A stretch of DNA of 64,000 bases from Mobula hypostoma (taxonomy: Eukaryota), in NCBI RefSeq assembly GCF_963921235.1, contig NC_086117.1, positions 30,504,001-30,568,000 of the forward strand. Reading direction: 5' to 3'. The notes beneath the pieces are model-generated. The model searched no databases, was not told the DNA's origin, and saw only the letters and a program-made list of their open reading frames with translations. This document shows positions 37,405 to 49,885 of the stretch, piece by piece; the first letter of the stretch is position 1, and the number at the start of each line of letters is the position of its first letter. The position numbers and the translations under genes are program-made.

Positions 37405-39885
37405 CCCAACACACACAAAAAATGCTGTTAGAATGCAGCAGGCCAGGCAGCATCCATAGGAAGAGGCACAGTTGATGTTTCGGGCTGGGACCCTTCGTTA
37501 GGACTAACTGAAAGAAGAGATAGTAAGAGATTTGGAAGTAGAAGGGGGAAGGGGTGATCCAAAATGATAGGAGAAGACGGCGGGGGGGGGAGTGGGGGGT
37601 GGATCTAAGAGCTAGAAAGTTGATTGGCAAAAGGGATACCAGACTGGAGAAGGGAGAGGATCATGGGATGGGAAGCCTGGGGAGAGAGAGAAGGGGGAGT
37701 GGAGCCCCGAGGGTGGAGAGCATGCAAGGAGTTATAGTGAGAGGGATAGAGGGAGAAAAAAGGGGAAAAATATATATTAAATAAATAGATAAGGGATGGG
37801 GTGTGAAGGGGAGGAGGGCATTAATGGAAGTTAGAGAAGTCAATATTCATGCCATCAGGTTGATGGCTACCCAGACGCCTGCCCAGGTAGACCCATTGTC
37901 TCAGCTTGCTCCTGCCCCACCGAACTTATTTCTGCATACCTCAACACAGTTTTATCCCACCTTTGTTCAATCCCTTCCCACCTATGTTTGTGACACTTCT
38001 CACGCTCTGAATCCTTTCAATGATTTTAAGTTCCCTGGCTCCCACCGCTTTATTTTCACCATGGATGTTCAGTCCCTATATACCTCCTTCCCCCACTAGG
38101 AAGGTCTCAAAGTTCTCCACTTCTTTTTGGATTCCAGACCTAACTAGTTCCCCACTACCACCATTCTCCTCTGTCTAGCGGAATTAGTCCTTACTCTTAA
38201 CAATTTCTCCTTTGGCTCCTCCCACTTCCTCCAAACTAAAGGTGTAGTCATGGGCACCTGTATGGGTCCCAGCTATGCCTGCCTTTTTGTTGGCTTTGTG
38301 GAACAATCTATGTTCCAGGCCTATACTGGTATCTGTCCCTGCCTTTTCCTTCGCTACATCAACGACTGCATTGGTGCTGCTTCCTGCACGCATGCTGAGC
38401 TCGTTGACTTCATTAACTTTGCCTCCAACTTTCACCCTGACCTTAAGTTCACCTGGTTCATTTTCATCACCTCCCTCCCCGTTCTTGATCTTTCTGTCTC
38501 TATCTCTGGAGACAGCTTATCTACTGATGTCTACTATAAGCCTACGGACTCTCACAGCTACCTGGACTAGTCCTCTTCCCACCCTGTCTCTTGCAAAAAT
38601 GCCATCCCCTTGTCGCAATTCCTCCGTCTCCACCGCATCTGCTCTCAGGATGAGGCTTTTCATTCCAGGATGAAGGGGATGTCTTCCTTTTTTTAAAGAA
38701 AAAGGCTTCCCTTCCTCCACCATCAACTCTGCTCTCAAACGCATCTCTCCTATTTCATGCACATCTGCTCTCACCCCAATCTCCCGCCATCCCACTAGGA
38801 ATAGGGCTCCCCTTGCCCTCACCTACCACACCACCAACCTCTGGGTCCAACATATAATTCTCAGTAACTTCCGCCACCTCCAACGGGATCCCACCACCAA
38901 GCACATCTTTCCTTCCTCACCTTTCTGCTTTCCGCAGGGATCGCTCCCTACGTGACTCCCTTGTCCATTCGTCTCCCCAATCCCTTCCCACCGATCTCCC
39001 TCCCGGTACTTATCCGTGTAAGCAGAACAAGTGCTGCACATGCCCTTACACTTCCTCCCTCACCACCATTCAGGGCCCCAAACAGTCCTTCCAGGTGAGG
39101 CAACACTTCACCTGTGAGTCGGCTGGGGTGACATACTGCGTCCGGTGCTCCCAGTGTGGCCTTCTATATATTGGTGAGACCCGACGCAGACTGGGAGACC
39201 GCTTTGCTGAACACCTACGTTCTGTTCGCCCGAGAAAGCAGGATCTCCCAGTGGCCACACATTTTAATTCCACGTCCCATTCCCATTCTTATATGTCTAT
39301 CCATGGCCTCCTCTACTGTCAAGATGAAGCCACACACAGGTTGGAGGAACAACACCTTATATTCCGTCTGGGTAGCCTCCAACCTGATGGCATGAATATT
39401 GACTTCTCTAACTTTCATTAATGCTCCTCCTCCCCGTCACACCCCTTCCCTTATTTATTTATTTAATATATTTTTTCCCTCCCCTTTTTTTCTCTCTTTT
39501 TTCTCCCTCTGTCCCTCTCACTATAACTCCTTGCCGGCTCTCCACCCTCAGGGATCCCCTCCCCCCTTCTCTCTCTCCCCAGGCTTCCTGTCCCATGATC
39601 CTCTCCCTTCTCCAGTCTGGTATCCCTTTTGCCAATCAACTTTTCAGCTCTTAGCTTCATCCCCTCCCCCCACTGTCTTCTCCTATCATTTCAGATCCCC
39701 CCCTCCCCCTCCCACTTTCAAATCTCTTACTATCTCTTCTTTCAGTTAGTCCTGACGAAGGGTCTCGGCCCAAAACATCGACTGTACCTCTTCCTAGAGA
39801 TACTACCTGGCCTGCTGCGTTCACCAGCAATTTTTATGTGTGTTGCTTGAAATTTCAGCATCTGCAGATTTCCTCATGTTTGCGC
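37405..39885 (+). mobile_element. Penelope-like element: inverted 5' pLTR + truncated RT/GIY-YIG ORF + 3' pLTR
   Basis: 37405-37875 is the reverse complement of about 39365-39845; RT motifs FTMDVQSLYT, MGTCMGPSYACLFVG and LRYIND; GIY-YIG GVTYCVRC..LYIGET; in-frame stops and frameshifts. Confidence 0.93.
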
Positions 39886-40244
39886 TATTGTATTTGACAT
39901 TTCTGCCTTGAGAAATGGCAGGTGATCTAATCTGTACCTCTCAGCATTTTAGATACTTGCATCAGTTTATCTGAATTGAGTCCTTAGGCTCACTTGAGGT
40001 CAAAAAACAAAAGGGAGCACAAACTGCCACGTTGATCTGCGGAGAGAATTAAGGACCCATGTAAAATATGTTGCCTACCTATCAGAGAGACAGCAATATT
40101 GGTTCCCCTATGCATGAGTAAATGGTTTACGCCCAACTGCATACCTTAGTTACAAAATTTTATGAATCCTTTGTACACTATTATTGTGCATTCATTTAGG
40201 GAATCTGCAGAGAACTTTTGGCTACACTGTTCTCCACACTGGGT

Positions 40245-40600
40245 GGTGGGGTGGAGATACATCTCTACCATAGGAAGAGCAAGGCGTTCCTTCCCTCTGC
40301 TAGCCAGCAAGTCACCATTGGGCGAAGTGTAGCACCTGCACAACCCCCCAAACAGGGGCATGTGAAGCCATGGGAGCAAGTGGTGGATGGCCATTTGAGG
40401 AGCTGGTGCACACAAGTCTACTGATGCAAGACAGACAAACTCTGCAGATTATTGATAATGTCTGAGGTCACGCATCTTGTAAAGACACCGTCCAGAAGGA
40501 AGTTGCAAACCTCTTCTCTGTTGAAAAAATTGCCTATGACATTCATAGTCATGAGACCCTGATCAACATGTCATACGATTTGCATATAATGACAAAGATG
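40245..40600 (+). mobile_element. SINE-like repeat, RTE/Sauria-type (copy 2)
   Basis: Aligns by eye with 36165-36516 (gggtggagata..ctctgcta..gtgtagcacct..catgtgaagccatgggagca..cttgtaaagacac). Confidence 0.65.
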
Positions 40601-42769
40601 TTCCAACACAATCACTGATGTATATATTGAACAGTTTCCTCTCAATAACTAGAACCCAGAGGCAATTGGCCTGAGTATGACTATTGTTCTATGAAAACCA
40701 TCCATTCAGAAAATACAGTAAAGAGAAGTTGCGAATTTTCAATCTAATTCCATCTGAACCAGAACAAATGCATAGGATCAGACTCGTCATCACTATAGTA
40801 AGAAGAAACAGGGACCCAAAGTGTTAAACTAATTGGTAACAATGATGCAGTTCAGAAAGTTTGATAGTTTGGATTACCAGAAGTTGGGCAAAAATTAGTA
40901 TGCTATTTCTAAAATGCAATTCAGCCTTGATCTTTGCACTGACACTATCAGCTTCATCAGTTAGTTATATTCTTCCTTTCTCGGTTAGGGGTAAATGTAT
41001 TAGCCATTAACCTTTTGAATCTACAACTATTGCTTAATAGTAGCAAAGTCACTGCTGTGACAGGCAGACCAAATGCAAAACTTTCTCTGCAAATCTGTCA
41101 ATGCCAGGAGTTATGGTGAGAAAGGGAAGGGATATGCATTGTTCTAGAGATAGAATATAAACTTTTGAAAACAATTTGAAAAATAAACTCTTTTTAATAC
41201 AACAATCTGAAAATCAGCTAGTTCATGTGGTTTGGCCTGCTTCAAGCATCATATTATTTGTTGGCAATATTCTAGAAAGACAAAAGGGAGACAAGAATGT
41301 GAGGAATTTCTAACATAGGGAATTAATCTAATATTGCTTTAGTGAATTCAGATGTAGCACTGGAATATGACTCTGCTATGGTCAGAGCAAATGTTAACAA
41401 TCACATTTATTATTATCATGGTAAAAAGATCAATAAGAAGCGAATGACAAAATTCTCATAGCCCAGAATGTTGCGTGCTGTTTCACTCCTGCACCTTACA
41501 GCATTATAGTGAACTTTTAACCATATTTCACAATTGTTCTAAATACAATTGTCCACAGAACAATTACATTAACAAAATAAGAGAGAAAAACAATGAATCC
41601 ATTCCAATTTGGTTTAAATAAAAGTCTCCATTATTTCAATGCTGGAATTGACATAAAAAAAGCATATTGAAGTCCATTGTAAAGCAGAAATGTGTTTTGA
41701 ATTAATGGGACTGTGATAACATAAAAGACAAAAAATATGCCTGCAATGATCCTAATGACTGATTCTAGATTTCATTCATATGTGACTATTTGAAAACTAT
41801 TCCAAATTATCCTGTTTACAAACACCACCAGTGCTGAGATGGAAGGGAAACCCTTGACAATGATGGAAACAGTACCAACACAAGATGGAGAAAGTTAAAT
41901 CAGAAACACTCTGCTGACTGCACTGTAACTTCACAAGAAACTCTATAAACAAAGTACAAACGTATGATCAACAATTAAAAACACACAACTACCAAAATTA
42001 GAAGATAATAAGCAGCAATTTAATTTTTTATAAATTGGAATCATTGATTCCAGTTGTCATACTGGATAAACAAACTCATCAAAATAACACTGACTGATAT
42101 TTCCTTTGATTTTGTTCCTCAGCGAGACAGCCCATGCTCAGTTTGGCAAAATACTAAATTCCCATGTCAGCTACTGTTAATCTAACATCTATGAGTATGT
42201 ACATAGTAACATTATCGATATAAAATTACATTTATTTTAAATGCTCCTCAACAGACTCCATCCCATCACAAAATCTGTTGTGGTTTAGAGATAAAGTTAT
42301 TTAAATTGATTGATGAGGGATAATATTTAACAATTCAGGAAATGCATGCATAGACATTGGAGACATGGCAAAGGGCAAAGTATATGCAGATTTTATCTAA
42401 GATAGGAACACTTAAATTGGGAGTATTTCTGAGGTAACGTACGTAAAGTACTGAAACATTTTCAGTAGAATTGTGAAAAGGGAAATAGATACCCTTATAT
42501 AATTTATTTAATCTTCAGTTTCAGAGCACAGCTCTGAGTTGATGGACATTGTCTGGAGAAAGTTCCTAGAACTTCTAATAGATTAAATATTCACATTTTA
42601 AAGTTAAATCTCTTTTTATTCTTTCCTTTGTTTTTTTTTCGATCCATTGCTCTCTTTTCATTCTGCTTGCTTTTTACTTTCCAACATACACAAATAACTT
42701 CAAAGAAATTTGGAAAGAATTGACCAGAAATCTCCTCTCCCTGCCTCAGGCTGTGTTTTGTCCTGCTTT

Positions 42770-43760
42770 AAGAAGACCACTATCATCCTAGTACCCAAGA
42801 CAAACAAGATAATGTGCCTTGATGTCTTACATCGACCATCCTGAATTACTTCCAGAGACCTGTCATGGCATGTATCAACTTCAGCTTTCCAGACAACATT
42901 TGCAAACTGCTATTTGCCTACTGCTGAAATAGCTCTATGGTTGACACCATCTCCCTGGCCCTATACTCATCTCTGGAGCATCTGGAAAGTAAAGATACTT
43001 ACATCAGACTATCAGTTATTGATTACAGTTCTGTCTTCAATATTTTTATTTGAAGCAAATTCTGGACCATGAGAGTTAATGCCTCCCTCTGCTATTGGAT
43101 CCTTGACTTTCTAACCAACAGACAGGAGTAAGGATAGTCAGCAACACCTCTGTCACAATTATTCTAACCACTGATGCTCACAAAGTTCAATCCTCAGCTC
43201 CCTACTCTACTCTTTATACTGTACACTCATTACTGCATGGTCAGATTTTGCTCTAACCCCATCTAAAGAGCTACAGATGACACCACTGTAGTGAGCTGCA
43301 TCTCAAATAGCAATGAGTTGTAGTGCAGGAAAGAGATAGAAAGCTTAGTGACATGGTGTTTTCATGACAACCTTTTCCTCAGTGTCAACAAAAAAAAATA
43401 GATTTGGGCACTGAATTCAAAAGGGGGGCAGAGAAAATGCTCTTGTTTACATGATTAAGAGGATTATGTTCAAAGGCGTGAACATCTCCTGTAGCCTGTC
43501 CTGTCCAACCACGCTGATATCACGACCAAGCAGGCTTACCAATGCTTCTATTTCGTGAGGAGGCTAAAAAAATTTGGCATGAATCTGACAACCCTTAGCA
43601 ATTTTTATTCATGCACCATAGAAAGCATTCTGTCTGGATGCATAATATCTTGGTGTGACAAATGCTCTGAATGTGAACTGCAGTGAGTTATGGGCAACAG
43701 CTCATTATGTCCCAGGAACCAGCTTCCCCTCTGTGTCATGCAGATGATGGTCAAATTTTC
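42770..43760 (+). mobile_element. Degenerate Rex1/Babar-type LINE RT fragment
   Basis: TTIILVPK, LLFAY, DYSSVFN, WILDFLTNR, LSSLLYSLY, DDTTVV and RRLKKFGM remnants. Confidence 0.85.
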
Positions 43761-45029
43761 TATTGCCCATCCTGTGATAGCATCAATGGATCTAGTAATT
43801 CCTTCAATCAACAACATATGGCATATCATTTGTGAGTGTCAAAAAGAGTTTTATTTATGGTCATTTTACTGCCATACACACAACCCCATATTGTTTCAAT
43901 ATACATCATGGAATTGGAAGCCTCTGGTTTCACCCTCAGACCACCCATAACTCTCATGTCTGTGGACGGTTAGGCCATAATTTTTGAAGCGTCAAAGGCC
44001 TTTTTAAAATCTATAATTAGAATGACTATTAGATTGTCATCATTAATTACTCATGTAATTGCATCCGTTATCCTGAGCAAAACCTTTTGTATGCAGGTTG
44101 CATATTCTAACTGAGTTCCTGATGAGTACATAAATCAGAGCAAAGCAAACCCTTCTTCATCCTGTGTTATGATTCAAAAGGCAACTGGTAACATAGTAAC
44201 ATTGAACTAATTCTATAATTGCAGTGGATTACTTTTCTAATACATGGTAAACATACTCTTAATTTCTCGGCATCTAGGAAAGTAGTCTGGTCAATTTCAA
44301 TTATCCAGGAGACAAGGCAGTCTGTTGGTAAATTTGTAAGTGTATTTTAAGTGCATAGGTTTACAGCCATGCTTGCTTGGTTAGCAAAGAGCTATAGCCA
44401 TCTTCAGTCTCAGTTTAAAGACATTGCACTATTAAGCTTATCTGGTAGTGACTAAGAATTGCATTTTTGCTAATAAAGGATTCAACATACGTGTATTATC
44501 AAAGTATGTCTCCAGTACACAACTCCGAGATTCATCTTCTCTACAGACAGCCATGAAGCAAAGAGAACCACAGAACCCGTTCAGAGAAAAACATCAAAAA
44601 ACATGCAAAAAAAAACAACTAATCGTGCAAACATCAGCAAGAAAATCAGACCCCCACGTGTAAAAAATCAAATAAAAATGGTAATTCTAAATTATCAAAA
44701 ATTATTTTTGAAATGCACTTTTTGTTTTAGTATTCTTGCTATTTGAATGTAGCAACCAAGAAAATTAAAGAGGTTGAGATCTAGCAGTGTAGACGTGGGC
44801 ACCTCAGTAAACTGGCATTGCTATTCTTAGAACAAAGGTGAATGAAAGATAATGATAGGCTTCATTAATAAGGGAGTGAATGGTCTCTTCATCCATAGTA
44901 TAAATTAAAGGGAGATTTAAGGAACTAAGTGCCTTCACGTTTCCTTTCTAGCAATTAAGTTGTTTGAAGGTGAGATGCCTATTAAACCTGTCAGTCTAAT
45001 TTGTAAGCAGCCACTGCACCAGCAGGAAA

Positions 45030-45150
45030 TACAAAACACACAAAATGCTGGAGGAAATCAGCAGGTCAGACAGCATCTACAGAGAGAAATAATCAGTCGG
45101 CGTTTCAGGCCGAGGCCCTTCATTCTGTCCCATTGAAGGGCCTTGGCACT
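45030..45150 (-). mobile_element. Penelope pLTR fragment with a short fold-back
   Basis: caaaatgctggaggaaatcagcaggtcagacagcatcta.., then gccgaggcccttca / tgaagggccttggc as an inverted pair. Confidence 0.65.
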
Positions 45151-46974
45151 CAGAGCTGGACAGAATATTCAACTGAATGGCAAATAATGGTTTATCATAA
45201 TTTTGTCCATCCTTCTTAGATTTAAACTTAATGCCTCCAGTTATGAAGCCAAGAAGCCCATTGTTTGTTACCGATATCTAATCTAGTCACCTTTAAAGAC
45301 TTCAGGACTTAACCTCAGTCTCCTCTGCTCGTGAACAACTTAACTGCTTTTCACTCTTTTCCCACCAATCCATTGAATGATTGTTTTTTGATATGATTTC
45401 TTCCAAATCTATTGGACTTTACAGAATTCAATAGAATATGAAGCACAGAACATTTAGGAAGCATCTGGGCAAGCACATGAATCATTAAGATGGAAGAGGC
45501 AATGGTTGAAAAGCTAGTACAAAGGGTGAGTGAAAATGAGTGGATGATAGTTGACATAGACATGATGGTTGATTGTCTAGTGTTTGTGCCATATGACTGT
45601 GTGGCACTTTTGATAAGAAGCAGGGAACTCAACCTTAATAGTCCATGCTCGACCTAAGCCACCAAGCATCCTATCCATTAGCATACTGTCTGTTTCTTCT
45701 TCCTCTTGTTCAGGCAAGGACATTTTTTATCACATTCCTTAGTCATCGATGATGAAAGGCCTTGTGGGAGTCAGGAAGTTAGCATATACCATGAGAAATA
45801 TAACTTATAATGTGGAATACACAGCCCCTTCCAGCTATCTTGATTATGTGACCACAAGGATTCTTATGGCGGGATTTCTATCACAGAAGTGCTGTTGAAC
45901 TTCTCACAGAGCCTCTCTTGCAGAAAGTAATGTTCACCTGGCTCTTAACTTACAACAGCACGCAATGCATCCACCAGGTCCATGCTAACTCCCAGGACAG
46001 TAATCCAATTAGTCCCATTCCTTCTCTTGCTATTTGTTTGCTCCCTTGCAACTTACCCTTTCTCACTGATGCCCTTCAAGAACTCTTCCATTCTTTATGC
46101 CATTAGCCTCTACTGAGATAAGTTATAGCAGCCAGCTAGCTGACCTGTATGTCTCCAGGATGTGGGAGGGAAATCACGCTGTCATGGAGAGTATGGGTGA
46201 ACTCCACACAAATGGCCGTTTGCCACGTATTAGCCCAAGCCTGAATGTTGTCCAAAACTTGAGGCAAGTTTCAATACAGAAAACTTTAAGTCATTGCTCT
46301 GAGATGGACAGTTCTTGATAGGTGCATTGAATACTGCAAAGTTCCTCTATTCACTTGAATAGATATGAACTAATTATAGAAAGCTAAAATTAGTTTAAAG
46401 CTAGGTATTCCTTCAATGATGAAATTAGTCTTAATTACTTCCAAGCAAGCTCACTGGCACTGACAATTAAGTTCTATGACTGTAATCTTTCATTCAGGTT
46501 TTCATTCCTTTTGTAGATTTGAAACAATTACGTACATTTCTAGCTTCTGTCTCTTTCCTCTCTAATACTTAATTCAGAGTTTCTTCTCTTCTTGGTATTC
46601 AATGGTCAGCAGAGATGGGTATGCCAAAGGATTTGTTTCTGTGCTGTTGGACTTGACGAGTACAAAGCTCTTGTTTGTTTTCACTTTTAATACCTGATTT
46701 GGCAATGAATCAATCGCTAAACATTCACTTCCAAGATCGCACTCCGAACTGCTCGTGGAGGAAGTCCACAACGTAACTGTTAAACATGGAAATAACAAAG
46801 AAATCAAGCAGGAGGTCCAAAAGTAACACTTTTACTTGCAATTTAGGGCAGATTCAGATAAACCAAAGAGAGAGATGCACCACTTCCATCTTGGGGAATG
46901 CATGGGGAAAGTCAATTTGACAAGGATAATTCTAACATCTGATGAGTACCAATCATTCACCAGTAACAGTGGAA

Positions 46975-47900
46975 TTTAGAACACAGAAGAGTGCAGCACA
47001 GGAATCGAATCAGAATCATAATCAGGTTTATTATCACTGGCATGTGTCATGAAATTTGTTACCTTAGCAGGCCCTGTTGCCCGCAATATTGTGCCAAACT
47101 AATTAAACTAGCAATTAAATGCCGAACTAAACAAATTCCTTCTGTTCATATCCCTCCTTTCTCTGTGCTTTCATGTGCCTGCCTAAGAATTACAATCAGA
47201 ATTAGATTTAATATCATCAGCATATGTCATGAAGTGTGCTGTTTTTCTGCAGCAGTACAATGCAATACCTGATAATAATAAAGTGTGAATTACAGTATAT
47301 ACTGTATATATCTACAGCAATTCAGTTTTATACATAATACAGTATTTATATAAAATAGTTAAATCTAACAAATAGTTACATTAAAATTAAATAAGTAGTC
47401 TAAAGATTAGTGAGGTAGTGTTCATAGGTTCAATGTCCATTCAGAAATCGGATGGCAGAGGAGAAGAAGATGTATCTGAATCATTGAGTGTGTGTCTTCA
47501 GGCTCCTGTATCTCCTTCCTGTTGGTAGCAATGAGAAGAGGGCATGTCCTGGATGATGGGGGTCTTTAATGTTGGATGCAATCTTAAATGTTTCTGTCAT
47601 GTTTGCCTCCACCACCACAATCCCTGATAGCGCATTCTTGGCATCCACCACACAGTGTAAAAACTTACTCTGCACATGTCTCTTGAACTTACTCTCTCTC
47701 ATGCATGGTCTTCTAGCATGGGGAAAGGTACTGGCTTACAATCATCTGGCAGGTCTCCTGCTCCAGAGAAAATAACCCAAGACTGCCCAACCTTGTACCC
47801 CATAACACATGCCTTCAGTTCCGGGCAGAATCCTAGGAAACCTTTTCTGTACCTTCTCATAAGCCTCCACATCCTTCCTATAATGGGGCGACCAGAATTT
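46975..47900 (-). mobile_element. CR1 3' end interrupted by two Rex-type LINE tails (about 47003-47068 and 47187-47578)
   Basis: CR1 remnant KFKRHVQSKF..VVDAKNALSGIVVVEA; both inserts begin with an (aatcag)n tail in reverse orientation. Confidence 0.65.
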
Positions 47901-48544
47901 GGTCCATTACATTGTACATTTTAATGACCTTTAATAAGTGCTCTGTCTGTTTGTCCGGCTGGCTCTGGAAGTCATTTCAAGGGTCAAATGTGCATTAAGA
48001 GTGCATATGTACAACAAAGTGCATTGTACTAGAGGTCACTAGAGTTTTGTTAACCTTTTGATGGGCCTGGTAAATACTGCATGTGATCTCTAATCTGAAC
48101 CAAAATTAACTAATGTCAGGAGGGATATATTCCAAAGTAGAAATGAAATAATGACTCTGTATTTATTGAGATGAATATGGTTTATTTGGTCACAATATAA
48201 TAACGGCCAATATCAGAGATGTTTCTGCTACCAGTTTTGCAGTCCAGTCATTTTCTACAGCTTTTTTTGGAACCGTTAGATGTAATACTGCCAGGTAAAA
48301 ATATGAATGGCTAAAACTAAGTTCAGAAAAAAGAGTGTGTCAGGGATCCAAAACTGCCAGCAAGGATTTCTGATGCAATGTTTAATCACTTAAGACTTTA
48401 GCCTTGTGCTTTTGTTGAATATTGATTTAAATTTTGGATGTTCATTAAAATATGGTGTTACTTGTCACAGATGATGTGCTGGAGTACAACGGGAAAAGTG
48501 TCTCAGCACCATGTGATGATACTGCAAGTGGGAGTATTTACATA

Positions 48545-48823
48545 TTTATTTATTTGTGGAGATACAACACAGAATAGGCCCTTCCAGCCCTTTGGGCCAT
48601 GCCCCGATTTAACCTTAGCCTAATCATGGGACAATTTACAATTACCAATTAACCTACTAACCAACATGTCCTTCAGCTGTGGGAGGAAACCGGAGCACCC
48701 ATCCCATGTAGCATAGTGGTTAGCGTGGTGCTATTACTGCTCGGGGCAACAGAGGTCAAAGTTCAATTATCATATCATCTGTAAGGAGTCTGTAGGTCCT
48801 CCCTGTGGAATATGTGGGTTTTC
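48545..48823. mobile_element. V-SINE with inverted 5' half
   Basis: 48545-48700 is the 3' half on the minus strand; about 48707-48823 is the tRNA head on the plus strand; the halves are contiguous in intact copies. Confidence 0.8.
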
Positions 48824-49404
48824 TATATATGCTTGTGTCAAAGACATTAGAGGAGAACAATCCATTACTTCTGGGTTGATTTTATCATGGGAAATTTATT
48901 GGAGGAAATTCTGGCATTCAGACCAGAACTTACTGCACTAAATTCCTGGCTAAATCAAATTTATCAGATGTTTCTCCCTCCAGAAAAGGATTAAGAATCT
49001 ATGTTAAGTGAGAGACTCTAACACTCAAAGTAACTCTCAATTAACATTTTCCATTCTCAGGTTATTTGGGAAAATGAAGACACCTGAATACTTTTTATGT
49101 CAGAGAAATAATGGTCAATATAAATTTTTTTTTTGTTGAAGACTTCATTTCATCAAGTCTTGTTGATTTGCACTGTGGAAATTCTCATTCTTGATATTCC
49201 ATTTGATTTTTTTTTTTACCAACCAAGTACAATTTTTAACATGTCTCAGGTCATTAGTTTTAATCTTATAGTCTTAAAGCAATAATTGATGTACAGATCC
49301 TTTGTATACATTATATAGCAGCAGCCAACAGCAGCAAAAGGCATAAGTTCCCAAAATAAGAAAATATATAAAATGTATTTTTGATCCCTGCTTCCCCCAG
49401 TATC

Positions 49405-49885
49405 GCAGAGAAAATTTACAAGAACATTGCCGGGTCTGGAGGACTTGAGTTAGAAGGAAAGATTGAATAGGTTAAGAACTTTATTCCTTGGAATGTAAAA
49501 GATTAAGAGGAGATTTGATAGAGGTATACAAAATTATGAGGGATATAGATAGGATAGATGCAAGTAGGTTATTTCCACTGAGGTTGGGTGGAACTGCAGA
49601 GGTCATGGGTTAAGGGTGAAAGGTGAAAAGTTCAAAGGGAACATGAGGGAAAACTTCTTCATTCAGAGGGTCATGACAGTGTGGAATGAGCAGCCAGTGC
49701 AAGTGGTCCATGGGAGTTTGATTTCAATGTTTAAGAGAAGCTTGGATAGGTACATGAATTGTAGGGGTATGGAGGGCTATGGTACTGGTACAGGTTGTTG
49801 GAAATAGGCAGTTGAAATGGCTCAGCATAGATCAGATGGGCTGAAGGGACTGTTTTGGTGATATACTTTTATATGACTATGATAT
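49405..49885 (+). mobile_element. CR1 LINE 3' fragment
   Basis: RLRGDLIEVYKIMRDIDR and KGEKFKGNMRENFFIQRVMTVWNE; (ctatga)-like tail. Confidence 0.88.
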
